Notes: generated by a model from the letters alone, not told the origin. 64,000 nt of DNA from Eledone cirrhosa (GCA_964016885.1 OZ024742.1:159774001-159838000), one strand, 5' to 3'; shown: positions 37,578 through 50,966, counted from the first letter of the stretch. Numbers and translations: made by a program.

Positions 37578-40500
37578 TCATTATCTATAAAAGGCAGATT
37601 TTTGTGTCTGTATGTATGTTTCAATTTTATACATTTACACAATTCCAAAAATATTGAATGAATAATTAAGCAGAATGTTTACAAATATAATATTCTAATT
37701 TGGGTCATGAGCGATCTTATTGGCTAAAAAATGCCACAATTACGGAAAAATCGATTTATTTCAACAATCGATGATTTCTCCTCTCTCATATGATATACGT
37801 TTCCTATATCTACTCCCATTCATCACCTCCCCTTAAAATTGCTACCTTCTCTTATAAGTGTTTGTGAAAAAGAGAAACATTGAAAAAAAACATATACACA
37901 CATATATGTGGGTGCATACACACACATATATGTTGGCATGGTTACGATTGACGTCATAGAAACAGGAACGCGGGAATTTCAATCAATCAACGCATACACA
38001 GTTTGTTTTAGAAATAACAATGGCATATAATGATAAAGAGATCGGCCTTACACTTTCAAACTAAATTTTTCAGTATAAGTAACTTTAACCCTTTATTTTC
38101 GACATAAAAGTACACACATACATACAAATACCTGTACATTTTTTGGGGGGGGCCTTTCTTATCAATCTTTTTACATTCAATTATCAGCCTTATACTTTCA
38201 AAGTCAATTTTTATGTTGAAGTAACTTTCAACCTTTAATACATACATACATACATACATACATACATACATACATACATACATACATACATGCATGCATG
38301 CATGCATACATACATACATACATACATACATACATACATACATACATACATACATACATACATACATACATACATACATACAGATACACACATACATACA
38401 AATACCTGTACAATTTTTTTTTTGGGGGGGGGGGCTTTCTTATCAATCTTTTTACATTCAATTATCAGCCTTATACTTTCAAAGTCAATTTTTATGTTGA
38501 AGTAACTTTCACCCTTTATTTTTCGATACCCATTTACTTACTAACATTTGTATCACAACAACAATAACAATATTCATAAACAGACAGTAGACTTTCAAAG
38601 TCAATTTTTCTGTAGAAGTAACTTTCACCCTTTCTTTTGGACATAAAATGCCACCTAAAAAGAGAAGTCGCCTCAGTCGACATACCGCGTCAGCAGTGGC
38701 GCAAAAGGCTACTATAGCAAACGAGTCCTCTGAGGAAAATGCTTCAAGACTTTCACAGACAGCCTTACGTTCAGCAGAATGTCGAGCGGCTGAAAGTTTC
38801 CAACAGCGCACCGCACGCCTAGCCAAAATGGCTGCATACCAGGCTTCTTCCAGGGCTTCAGAGAGCCGTGAACAAAGGTCGAAGCGCCTGGCTAGAAACG
38901 CTGCGACTAATGCTGCTTCCAGGTCTTTGGAACGTTTAAAACAACGGACGGCTCGCCTTCCTACGGACGCTGCGGCTATGACTACTTCCATGGCTTCTGA
39001 AGATGCAGACGGGCGGTCCATTAGCATTGCAAATGTTGCTTCTGCTATTGCTGCCAGACCTTCCCACCAACCACACGACCAATGTTCTACGTTCAAGCGA
39101 AACAGTCGACGGCGAGAAGCTGCACGCGGTGTGACGAGCCCCAACAGCCCTTACTGGCACCTACGGGCTTTCAAGTATGAGCAAAACGTTAATTACTCGA
39201 TGCGCTCTGACATAAATATAGGCGAGATGCGCTTCAATTGCCAATTCTGCAATGCTACAAAGTGGGCTGGGGAGCCACCTGCAATGTGCTGCTTAAACGG
39301 TAACGTAACCTTGCCCCCTCTTCCGGAACCGCCAGAGCCTTTGAAGGAACTACTGACTGGTTATACCTCAAGGTAAAAAAAAAACAACCCGGATCCCCCC
39401 AATAAAAAAACGCTCCTGGGGGTACCGGAAAAACTTTTGTAACGAATTTGATTCTCGCTAAGATTCGTCAGGAGAAAAAAGTTGCGTTGTCCGTTGCATC
39501 GTCCGGGATCTCTGCTACTTTGCTGCCGGGAGGCAGGACAGCACATTCAACCTTTAAACTCCCTTTGGATTTAGTAAAAACTAAGACACCAACATGCAAT
39601 ATCAGCAAGAGTTCACACAAAGCTCTGGTTCTCAAAAGATGTTGCCTCATTGTTTGGGATGAGTGCACAATGGCACACAATGGACAAGAGCTGATGAAGT
39701 GCGTGCCTGTCTTAAGTCGTCCATGTTGTGGCTCCAGGTGAATAGTTTGTACCTGAGCACAAATATGCGTGCTCATTTGCATGGTGACAACATGTCTGCA
39801 GCACAGAACATTTTAGCACTTGGTGAAGGCAAGATCGCTGCGGATGACAAGGGCGGCATAGCAATCGACACCCTGTGCAACATTGTGAGCAGCCCTTCTG
39901 ACCTTTGGGAAGCAGTTTTTCCTAATGTCTCATCTAACTTTAAAAACCTCGATTGGCTCAGCGAAAGAGCCATCCTTGCTCCGAAAAATACCATGGTTAA
40001 TTTTATTAACGAGCAGCTGATTGAGAAGATTCCCGGTAAAGAGCACATCTTCAAATCAGACCCCGACGATATCGTTAATTATCCGGTTGAGTTATTAAAT
40101 CTCCTTGAGCCCCCAGGGCTCCCACCTCACATTATTAAGCTTAGGGTTGGCTGTCCCATTATGCTAATAAGGAACTTGCGTCCACCAAAGCAGTGCAACG
40201 GTACTCGCATGGTCGTCAAGTCACTGACACCCACTTGATTGAGGCCACCATTGTAACGGGGTGCGGAAGAGGGGAGAATGTTTTCATTCCAAGGATGAAC
40301 CTTTTCCCCTCGGCGTCAGATATCCCGTTCGATTTCCGACGATCCCAATTCCCGGTGAGACCATGTTTTGCCATGTCCATTAACAAGTCACAAGGGCAAA
40401 CATTGTCGGTGGCGCGCATCCATTTGGAGGAGCCATGCTTCTCCCATGGCCAACTTTATGTTGCCTGTTCCCGCGCAGGGAGCAGGAATGGACTTTTTGC

Positions 40501-40866
40501 TTACTCTCCTCAAGGGATGACACGCAATATCGTCTACAAAGAGGTGCTATAGATGTTGGTGCAGGTGTTGGAGCTATGCCGTCTGGAACACTATTTCCTG
40601 GTAGGGTATCCCATGGCGGACAGATATGACACCCAGCGGCATCAGGGCCACCATCTTGCAACTTTGGTCTACTAAATTCGATATTGGAGGATTATTAACC
40701 CATCATTGATTGACCAAAATGCTAATTGGTTCGTAACTTTTAATAACCGGTTCAACTGCTTTATGCACTTAATTGATAAGCTTATTCGCTTTCAAACCAC
40801 GTTTACCTGTATGTAACTTTTCATAGAAAATTAACAAACCCGAGCAACGCCGGGCTAAACTGCTAG
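37578..40866 (+). mobile_element. Internally deleted Helitron with both termini
   Basis: 5' TC(ATTATC)TATAAAAGGC. 3' hairpin CCCGAGCAACGCCGGG then CTAG|T at 40863-40867. Contains STPR-like repeats and a CxxC..CC zinc finger (38648-39376) and Pif1 helicase motifs (GGRTAHSTFK, WDE, AMSINKSQGQT, SHGQLYVACSR). The Rep (HUH) region is absent. Confidence 0.9.
38648..40552 (+). pseudogene. Fragmented Helitron RepHel (N-terminal repeats/Zn finger fused to Pif1 helicase remnants)
   Basis: ORFs 38648-39376, 39448-39741, 39663-40238, 40193-40552. Confidence 0.88.
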
Positions 40867-41092
40867 TAAACAATAAAAATGAAAATTGAAACAATGAAAA
40901 ATTCCCCAATAGGGGGGGAAACCTCCGAGGGTTACTCGTGGCGAAAACCACACAAAAGACCACGGCCACCCTGACAACAGGGCAAGCGCCCTCTCTCAAT
41001 TTTTCCATCTCTCAAACTACAGACGTATATTCAGAGTAGTCCCGTGCACTCGGACCATTCTCGCTACATTCACCCACCTTTCAACAAACTTG

Positions 41093-42157
41093 CTAGAAAG
41101 CAGCACTTGCTCCTGTCACCGCTTCGTATTCCTTGAGAGCGGTGCCGAGCATCTGAACGTGTCTGGTGCTCGACACCACCACAGTGACGTCGTCAGCGTA
41201 AGCCAACTCGGATTTCCCGCATCCTAGTTCGCGTGGGACGCCCCTCATCGCCTCCAGTTTGTGCAGTAACGGCTCGAGAGCCAATACGTACAAGAGGGGC
41301 GAGAGGGGACAACCCTGGCGGACTGAGCGCATGATGCTGAACGGCTGCGACAGGTGACCGTTCACCCTCACAACTGAGCAGATGTCGCTGCACATTGCTG
41401 CGATCCTACCCCTGAATACGGGCCCGAAACCGGCTGCCTTCGGGACCGCCGCCAGGTACCGATGGTCGACCCTATCGAATGCTTTGGATTGATCCAAGTT
41501 GATCAGGGTCCCACCCTCGCCAGGTTCCTTAACCACCCTCTCTATGATGTATCGCATGAGGTGGAGGTTGTCGTGTATGGATCTGTCCGGAATGGCGCAT
41601 GTCTGCGCCTCTCCCACCAGACCCTTGACGACAAGCGCCAACCTCGTTGCTAACACCTTGGCCAAAATCTTGAACTCTGCGTTTAGCAGGGTTATGGGCC
41701 TGACATTATCGATAACATCCCCCTTGTTCGGGTCTTTTCTCAGCAGCGCCACTGCTCCCCGGCTCACAAAACTGGGAATGCTCCCGTTCTGCTGCCAGTT
41801 GCAGTAGACATCTGCCAAGAGGTCACCGAACAAGTCTGGCATAAATGCATAAAGCTCGTAGGGCAGACCATCCAAACCTGGCGATTTACTTCTTGTGCAG
41901 TTAGCCATAGCATCCCGTATTTCACCGGCTGTTATTGGCTTTTCGCAACACTGTGCTGCGGTCGTCGAGAGCCGAGTCAGTCCGTCGAGGTATGCACTGA
42001 AGTCCATGCCCCGATCCGGGCCGCCGCCGCTCCCGAACAGTTCAGCAAAGTGCTGCTGAAAAGCTTCACACATCCGCTCGGGTTCGAGCATCACGCACCC
42101 GTTTTGGTCAGACAAAGACCAAATTGTGGATTTGTTGCCACGTCGTGCCTCTGCCAC
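41093..42157 (-). CDS. Tx1-like reverse transcriptase fragment
   Basis: KSPGLDGLP, DQSKAFDRV, QGCPLSP, YADD. Confidence 0.9.
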   Translation of the reverse strand: MAEARRGNKSTIWSLSDQNGCVMLEPERMCEAFQQHFAELFGSGGGPDRGMDFSAYLDGLTRLSTTAAQCCEKPITAGEIRDAMANCTRSKSPGLDGLPYELYAFMPDLFGDLLADVYCNWQQNGSIPSFVSRGAVALLRKDPNKGDVIDNVRPITLLNAEFKILAKVLATRLALVVKGLVGEAQTCAIPDRSIHDNLHLMRYIIERVVKEPGEGGTLINLDQSKAFDRVDHRYLAAVPKAAGFGPVFRGRIAAMCSDICSVVRVNGHLSQPFSIMRSVRQGCPLSPLLYVLALEPLLHKLEAMRGVPRELGCGKSELAYADDVTVVVSSTRHVQMLGTALKEYEAVTGASAAF

Positions 42158-43197
42158 CCGGGCCCATTGGAGGGCTTTTGACCCTCATGTTTCAGAGCAC
42201 GCGCTCTAGCTCTGACAACGCAGCCTTCGTGTTTGGCGTTGAAGAATTGGTCGAGTGCCAATCTCGCCGCAAGCACGTCGGTTGCGATGCCTGTCCTAAA
42301 CGCCTCTTCTAGCTTTCTGACTAGCTCTCCCTCTACTCTATTTTCATCTATCACTACTCCTTTGCTAAACCTAATCGACTCTATTTTAATTGCCCTTTTC
42401 AGGGCGAACACCACCTGTTGTTGACGACCGCTCCCGTCAACGCCCGCTTAACTAATACGCTAATCCGGTCTCTGTAGGCTTTGCGCGCCGGGAAAGACGC
42501 GTTCAGCTTCCAGTAAGCAGGCCCTTGTCTATGAAGTCTGTCTATGTCGATCTCACAGATCACAAATTTGTTGTCTGTGTAGTCGACTATTTTAATTTAT
42601 GGACAACTTACACTAGCCTTATCTAGTTCTCTGTAGAATACCATATCGAGATACGATATGGAAGACCCGATGCGGTTTGGCCATGTCCTCATTGGCACAT
42701 TCGGGTGATCCAGTCGATACCTGTCAGACAGTTCAAAACGTCTGAGCAGGTTGGTGAGGCTCTTGCACCCTCCTCCCCTATCCACCAGCCCCACATGATC
42801 CCAGCGTGCATCCAAGATACCGTTCCAGTCGCCCACTAACACTAAAGAGCGGGACGTTCCAAGAAAGGTCTCTAGACGTCTGAAGAAATCTGGCCGTCCG
42901 GCCCCTGTTGGGGCGTAGACGGCTACTAGCCTGAAAGATTTTGCCTTCGCTGCCGGTCACGTCCAGCACCACCGACTTACCTTCTGGTCTAGGAAGATGG
43001 CCCGTATCGCGAGATCCAAGCCTCTCCGAAAAAGGACGGCAACCCCTCCCCCCGATCCTGGACGGCTGGGAGATGCGTATACATCGTAGCCGCCGAAGAT
43101 CGGTGCGAAGGCTTGTGCTTCGGAGATTCTGGTTTCACTGATGGCCACCACATCTATGTTTAGTTTATTAATAATAATAATAATAATACCAACTTAC

Positions 43198-43367
43198 TAG
43201 CGTCTTTCAACTGCAAATTTACCCGCGTTAACTGATCTATCATTCAGGTCAGTCCACGGACTGTTCAACAGCCTGTCATGATTAAACCATGTGACACGTT
43301 TACTTCCGTTGCCATTAAATAGCACATTCAAAACCTCTGCACCATCTGTGTACAAAACTACTTTCAC
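43198..43367 (-). CDS. Host gene exon 3 (not in ORF track)
   Basis: TTTTGTCTCTTTCAAG acceptor and GTAAGT donor, phase 0->2. Encodes VKVVLYTDGAEVLNVLFNGNGSKRVTWFNHDRLLNSPWTDLNDRSVNAGKFAVERR. Confidence 0.8.
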
Positions 43368-43792
43368 CTTGAAAGAGACAAAATAAATTTATAACATGTA
43401 TAAGGCATAACATATATAAGGCATAACGAGGAATCTTCTACAAAGTGGCCGATATCGACGTGACTCCCATTAATTGAAGGGTTTATCCAAGGGTAAGGAA
43501 GAGTCGATTGAAAATTGGGGCCAAAACCTGGAATTGTATAAGATAGAGGAAGTGAGAAAGTGATATAAAAGAAAAATCGACTCCAGTGCTGGACTGGTAG
43601 GTTTTTTTTATTGACCTTCAAAGGCTGAAAGTCAATAAGTTGACCCTGGTAGGTTATGAATTCAGAAAGCAGAGAGAGCCAATATGAATACTGCAAAACA
43701 TTTTATCTGATTTTTTAGCGACTGCCAATTCACCTCAGTCAATATTCAAACAACAAACATTAAAACATTTACATTATTTAAAACATATTTAA

Positions 43793-43986
43793 AGGCGGTG
43801 GATTGGCAGTATTGGTAGAGGGTCGCACGCGATGCTGTGAGGCATAGAGTTACGGCACTTTACGGTCTGAGTTCAAATCTCCCCGAGGTTAGCTTTGCCT
43901 TTCATCCTTACCCGGGTCGATAAAATAAAGTACCAATAATGCACTGGGGTAACTGATGGCCTTGTGCCAAAAGTAGAAACAATTAT
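43793..43986 (+). mobile_element. tRNA-derived SINE
   Basis: Same family as 18368. Confidence 0.85.
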
Positions 43987-44024
43987 TTAAAACATGAAAC
44001 CAATATCTTTCAGAAGTGTATTAC

Positions 44025-44200
44025 CTGATTAACAGGCAGTTCGTTCCATCGATTAACTAGATCACTTCGGTAAAATTCTGAGCACGAATTGTAGCAGTGG
44101 GATGGGATATAATCTCTACTTTTACCTTGTAGCCCAAACACGGTAGTTAAATTAATTGATATGTTGTGCTGAAGATAAATCATTTTGTGCCATTCATAAT
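44025..44200 (-). CDS. Host gene exon 2
   Basis: TTTTTTGCCTATATTTCAG acceptor and GTAATA donor, phase 1->0. Encodes DYEWHKMIYLQHNISINL...HCYNSCSEFYRSDLVNRWNELPVNQ. Confidence 0.78.
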
Positions 44201-45562
44201 CTGAAATATAGGCAAAAAATATAAAAATTAAATAAAACAAAAAGCAATAAAATCAATGGGTAAAAAAATTGCTTCTTACTTTGAGAAAGAAAACAAAATC
44301 CCTACACGCAATAACTACTGATTCTCAAAGAACATGGGAGTTAATTCTAATAAAATAAGAATTAATTCAACAGAAAGTTTTTTGTGCCCTGGGGGAAAAT
44401 ATATTTGTTACCACACACATACCGACAAATACAAGGCGTTGCTCTAGAATGACCTCAGCCGAATGAATGAACTCAGTAAAAGACGAATAAAAGAGTTTCC
44501 GGAGAAACGCATTCTCTATTCTGTCCGCCGGGGCTGTGGGGCGACAAAAGCGTGGGACCACATTTGCTCATAATAGTGAGAGATGGTGAGGACAAGAGAC
44601 ACGGAGGTGATCAGAGTGGAAGTTTGGCTCCTCTATGTCCGGACCTGGTGTTCGTATATGTTTATATTTACTTCTATTCCCCCTCAAATATAATCGTTAT
44701 AATTGCATTTGTGTATGTGTATATATATATATGAATATATGTGTATGTGTGTGTGTGTGTGTGTATATATATTATTTAGAAAACATAAGAGAAACACAAA
44801 CATAAGGACATTTCCCGCTCTTCAGATGTCTGCTGTAGATTGCTGATGTTTCGACGCATTAAAGACAGTACATCTCACCACAGTGAGTTGATCAGAGTTA
44901 TCAGGGAAGAAAACAACAACAAAAAACACAAAAAGCAGAGACGATAACGAGGAGAACGACAGTAAAATAAAATAAACAAAAGAAAAACTTACCGATAGAG
45001 AAGGGGAAACACGAGACAGTAGTACATGTAAGTTGCAGTAACCGGTGGGAGAGAGAGAGAAGTTAAAAAGGGAGACCGAATGTAAGTCTTGAATCCGCAT
45101 TAACAGCACAAGGGAGAGCGAAGAGAAAAACGTTTGATCATAGCGAGAACAAGCGCAAAAAAGGGAGACGAAGGAAAACGGAAGTGAGGGGAGGAGGGGG
45201 AAGTGGTAAGGGAGCAGAGAGAAAGAGGGAGAAAAGGATAGATAGTAAGAGGGAAAAAGAATAAGTGAGTGGAAGAGAGAGGGAGAGGGAATAAGTGAGT
45301 GGGAGAGACAGAGAGAGAAAGGGAGTGAAAGAAAGAGAGAGAGGAAGGAGGAAGTTAATCCAAAATGGCAGAACTTAAGTTCAACACCCGAATTAACAAC
45401 AACAAGCGAGATAGGGAGAATAGAACGGAGGTCAGAGCAATAAATTAATATGAATTAAAAGAGACAAAGGCGCCGTGTGGTTACTAATAAATATTGTTTA
45501 GAAAACGTAAGAGAAACACAAACATAAGGATAATTTCTGCTTTTCGATAGATAGATAGATAG

Positions 45563-48500
45563 CGTGAACTAATGGAATTGTATTTAAACCTTTAGGGATC
45601 AACATTTGATATATTTCTGTTTCAAGAGGCCCTACTAAAATATTTGAACTTGTACAAAAGGGAATACACAGAAATCTCTCTTTTATATCCAGTACATGCT
45701 ATCTTGGAGCAACAAAGTCTCTCACAGTGATTAGATCAGAATTAGTCTCTAAATTAGACATGATACAATCTAATCAGTTCTGGCCGAGTTTACACTCGCA
45801 AATAAGAAGAACCAGGGCCGCATTAGATTTGATGTACTTTATATTTGTTTCGGTTGCTAAATACAATCAGGGGTCGCTGCTTCTCCTGAAGTTCTCTTCT
45901 AACTCGAGCAGTAGCACCTTTCCATTGTCAATTTGCATTGATCATCTGCAAAGCCGCATTGTTCTCAGAACCACTACACCAGTCTTTCGATGCGTGCATC
46001 TGGAACTACTGCCACCCATTGATTTGGCAGGATTTTTTTTTTTTAGATGGCCATTGACTTTTATGAGTTTTTCCGCCCTTTGTCAGGTTTTGTTTTTGTC
46101 CTGCAGGGTGTCTAAAATCACCCTCCTCACCAACTATACTTGGTGGGGTTGCCGGTTTAGTCGCCGACGACCCGACCATGCGACAGGTTGTACTGGGTTA
46201 CACGCTACCAGTAGCACTCGAGAGTGACCTGACATGATACAAAAGGAATGTAATTCCATAGATATTGTGTATCTGTACATCAGAAAGGTAGACTTCTATT
46301 TAATAAATATTTATAATCACCCCTAAAAGTATAGAGACAACAAAGAATTGCAGATTTCCTAGACAAAATCTAATCCACAAAGCAAAACTAATTTCAGGGG
46401 ATTTCTATGCACATAATTCATTCTGGAATACTAATACACAAAAAAACAGCACATGTGCTACCGTTTTCTTATGATAGTGGGAGATGGCGAGAGCGAGAGA
46501 GACGGAGGCAGTGAGTGAAAGAGAGAGAGAACATTAACGCACACACGCACTTAAGACAACGAGAGATGTTATATTATCTTTAGCTATTAATACAGTAAGA
46601 TATATGATAAGATGAAAACCCAGTTTTTATAAGTTGACTTTATAATTATCTGTTATTAAATTTCAATTCATATTTCACATTGTTATTTGATGTGTGAAGC
46701 AAACATTGAATTAATAATCGATGTATGCGATTTCATATTAGATAACATAAATAAATGGGTTTTCCAAACAAGGAGAATATCTCTTAGAGATTATGAATAA
46801 ATACAACTTCTTAGACCCCTCCACCTATAGACACTTCAATAATAGAATCTGGTCTTCTCTCTTAGCCTCTACTTTTATAGAAAACTGGAAATTAGACGAT
46901 AATATGGATCTAGATTCGGCTCATGCCACCAGCACTTTTAATATTGCAATTCTAGTAACCAACGAAACTCTAACAATTGCCAAACTCACAAAATAAAGCC
47001 TAAAGTCAGAAAATAACTATTTCACAAGACTAACTAGACTAGGTTTACAGAACCCAATACTAATTACAAAGCTCCTACTCTTCGCACTTCAAATGTAAAT
47101 TCCTCTCTTATTGTTGAACAAGAGCTACTAACAGTTATGGATGAGTTAAGAGAGGAAACGGCCACAGGTTCAGATAAAATATACAATCTAATCATATACG
47201 GAGTGTAATGCAAAAATATTTGGAAAAAGTCAACCGGTTTGATTTCCCTATACATAAAGGGAGCTTATGATAATGTAGTTCATGACACTCTAGTTAAGCA
47301 ATTATATCATTTTAAAATTCCCAACTATCTTTGCAACTGGATTGAAAGCTTTCTCTCTAATCGCAATACAAGTCTGATTCTTGGAAAAGAGAAACGAAAA
47401 ATGATTTACCTACTAAGGGGCCTGCCACAGGGTTCTACAGTCTCGCCAATTCTCTTTCTATATTACACAACGGACTTGTTTACATCTCTAATTAAAATTG
47501 TGAAAGTTTCAAGTTTTGCAGATGATTTCAAATTATATACTTCATCTAGTATCATTAACAACATGACCAAGTTATGCACAGCCCTACCTAGGCAAAAGAA
47601 AATGGTCAACAATTTGATCCTTCTAAAACACAATTGATTCACTTCCATAATACTGAACCTATCAATTATCAACGTGATGAACTATACTTAATGAATCAAC
47701 TATTGATACCACAAGAAACCATACAGTATTTGGTTACAATCTAACTTGAAATGGGGAACTCATCTCAAGCATTGACAGAACAAAATGGCCTTAACATGTA
47801 ATGTAATTAAAGGCATTTCAAATAAATTCCATTGCCTAACATATAAACATTTGAGGTTGTATAATAAGCGAGTCATCAACGCTCAATTTTTGTCTATCAG
47901 CTGTGTTTTGGTGGGACAGGCACTAGCTGTCTTCAAGCTATCGATAGAATTCGTACCTGAATTGGCAAAACTATATTGGAATGTCTACAGGACTTGGGTG
48001 TGGAACCACTTGGTCTTTCAAAAATAATTATTTAGTTATGAGTTTCGAATTACAACGTGATTTCGCAATATTTGTAGCAGAGTGATAAGGGAATTATGCT
48101 GTCCATAGATTCAGTTAAAGAAATTCCACGGCGAAAAGGCTTTCTATTTTCTGATAGTTTATCGAACCTAGAACTATTTCAATCAAGGAAAGGGGCTTGG
48201 GTTAAAGATATTGTGAGTGCTCTGCTAAGAATAGATAACTACCTCTCGGAGAATAATAAACAAATACCATTTATTTAGATATCAGGCCATACAGATATTA
48301 GAGGAAATAGGAAAGCAAGTAAATTTGCAAAGTAGGCAGTACAAAGAGAAATAATAAATATAAACTATATCCAAAATTTATCGCAAGTGAAATCATTCAG
48401 CAAAAATATAATTAATCAAGGGTGAGAAAACTTTTGGGAAGAATCTAGAGATAAGCCCTCAAATTTCAGTCCTCCGCATTTTCAACCAGATTTGACAAAA

Positions 48501-48570
48501 TTTAAAACACCTGACACTGAGCAATGTCAATAAAAACAAAGACTATGCTAGCTTAGAACTGGACATTGAT
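45563..48570 (+). mobile_element. Old degraded LINE with APE, RT and RNase H (I/R1/Jockey group), interrupted by other inserts
   Basis: FLFQE, GDF.AH...W, IKGAYDNV, GLPQGSTVSPILF, FADD, SGHTDIRGN..A...AK and LRTGH remnants. Confidence 0.7.
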
Positions 48571-49013
48571 TTATCATATCAAGAAACACGATGAAGTTTT
48601 GTTTATATGTATTTAGTTTTATGTTGTGTTGATCGAATACGCGCGTTTCGCAGAGGATTGGTCAGCCATAGAAGTTATAGACTCGACTCCATTATCGATC
48701 TGTGTGTGTGTCTATGTATGTATGCATGCAGGAATGATTACAGTAAGCTATACATTTAGACAACCAGTGATTCCAGATGTTTGCCCTATCATATATTTTG
48801 GTTTCTATTAATTCCCTAGAGAAATCTTTGACCATATGCTTTGCTTAATTGTTTTATTTATTTTTTCTAAATTTTTATTCTTTCTCTAAGATATTATTTT
48901 AAAGCTAAGCATTGACCCCTAAAATAATACGTGAGTTCCTGCAATGTTGCCGTGGGCCCCCTGGAGCCCACTTGCCATTGGGGGGCAATATGGTAACCTG
49001 GCCAGTCCGCCAC

Positions 49014-49057
<44 letters not shown>

Positions 49058-49258
49058 TATGTACACGTACATACATATATGTATACAGACGTACAGTAGT
49101 ATGTATATATATATACATACATGCACACATATATATATGTACGTATGGATTCACCGAACATTTATTATAATGCTCGGTGTGTTTGTAAACAACCATCCCG
49201 TATTAAGCCGTAGTGTCTAGCAACCATTGTTGCTCGTTTGTTCAACACTGACAAAGGA

Positions 49259-49301
49259 ACGCTGTACCAGTTTCAAGCTTATTAGCTATCGTCAGCAACG
49301 T
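49259..49301 (-). ncRNA. Type I minimal hammerhead (426-bp family)
   Basis: Minus strand reads ACGTTG-CTGACGA-TAGCTAATAAGCTT-GAAA-CTGG-TA-CAGCGT. Confidence 0.82.
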
Positions 49302-49555
49302 ATACCTTCCTGCCAGATTGTTGAACGTATATACTTACCTTATGCATATTAACGGCTGAGTAGCCCAATTTGCATATTACTTATATTTAAGTAACAGCCG
49401 TACTAAGAATGGGAAATGAAATTTCGTTTCATTTTTTCTGTTTATCGTTTTCGGTGCACCCGACCGATTAACCCACTCGATATGCAAATTGGGCTTCTCA
49501 GCCGTTAATATGCATAATGTAAGTATATACGTTCAACAATCTGGCAGGAAGGTAT

Positions 49556-49598
49556 ACGTTGCTGACGATAGCTAATAAGCTTGAAACTAGTACAGCGT
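49556..49598 (+). ncRNA. Type I minimal hammerhead (426-bp family)
   Basis: Identical to 249-291. Confidence 0.88.
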
Positions 49599-49865
49599 TC
49601 CTTTGTCAGTGTTGAACAAACGAGCAACGATGGTTGCTAGACACTACGGCTTAATACGGGATGTTTGTTTACAAACACACCGAGCATTATAATAAATGTT
49701 CGGTGAATCCATACGTACATATATATATATGTGTGCATGTATGTATATATATATATATACATACTACTGTACGTCTGTATACATATATGTATGTACGTGT
49801 ACATACTTATATTTAAGTAACAGCCGTACTAAGAGTGGGAAATGAAATTTCGTTTCATTTTTTCC

Positions 49866-49868
<3 letters not shown>

Positions 49869-49917
<49 letters not shown>

Positions 49918-49920
49918 GTA

Positions 49921-49985
<65 letters not shown>

Positions 49986-49986
49986 G

Positions 49987-50076
<90 letters not shown>

Positions 50077-50093
50077 ATATATATATATACGTA

Positions 50094-50125
<32 letters not shown>
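49869..50125. repeat. (TA)n microsatellite
   Basis: Read directly. Confidence 0.95.
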
Positions 50126-50806
50126 CGTGGCTTTTTAGTCCTGCCAGGGACTTGCCTACGGCCAACAATGTCATGCATCGCCAAAAACCTCACATATCAA
50201 GCGATGTCTGTGCCTGAAACCTTTTTAATTGCTGGGAGTCTTTGCACGGAGCCAATCCCACTCTCTGAACATCGAATGTATTTGCATCCAAAAGAAGAAC
50301 TGATCTACATAATAGGATGCAAACGAAGTCGCTGGTTTTATATCAGAATTAAACTTTTCCTAGAGAGATGTTTTAATGAAGACCAGGAGTCTCTCGCTCC
50401 ACAAAAAAAAAACCTTATTAGATGCTGGGTTCATCTGAAACTGAGATGATATTTGCATATGTGCGTAGATATGTGTACGCGTGTGTATAATTTTAATACA
50501 ATATATTTTCCTTAACATATACATCCACACCGGTCAGCGCATATCTTTATGCTTAATCATTAATATAATTTTCCGTATATAGTAGCTGGAAATTCGGTTC
50601 TTCTAAAAAGCATATTAGTCTCCTGATTGTTTTCATTGTAAGAATATGATTTCTTTATAGCAAGAATTTGTTCTTTCGGCTCCACATAATGACGAAATTC
50701 TCCTTTCAAACACTTCACTCATCTCAAGAGAACGTCCTCGCAAACTTCCGTTATGTTTTCCTGGTTTCTAATGGCAATATTTCTTATTAGATACACACAC
50801 ACACTC

Positions 50807-50809
<3 letters not shown>

Positions 50810-50862
<53 letters not shown>

Positions 50863-50873
50863 ATACACGCACC

Positions 50874-50941
<68 letters not shown>

Positions 50942-50966
50942 CACACACACACACATATATATATAT
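50810..50966. repeat. (TG)n...(CA)n self-complementary microsatellite
   Basis: Read directly. Confidence 0.9.

Larger units (their letters stand above)
37420..43165 (-). mobile_element. Tx1-like LINE (internally deleted), 3'UTR interrupted by Helitron, flanked by (AAT)n
   Basis: APE at 43150-42500 and RT ORF 42157-41093 (SVRQGCPLSP, YADD). 3'UTR pieces at 40868-41090 and 37420-37500 match 25893-26220. Confidence 0.85.
49053..49870. mobile_element. 426-bp HHR element locus 2: inverted partial copy + direct 1.1 copies (fold-back)
   Basis: 49053-49376 is inverted relative to 49480-49810. The unit starts at 49389 and 49815. HHRs lie at 49259-49301 (-) and 49556-49598 (+). Confidence 0.85.

Noticed and set aside
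48625-48705. Minus-strand GAAA-CGCGCG-TA-TTCGATC with GATCGA partner
   Set aside because: The CUGANGA strand is unrecognisable. At most a heavily decayed relic.
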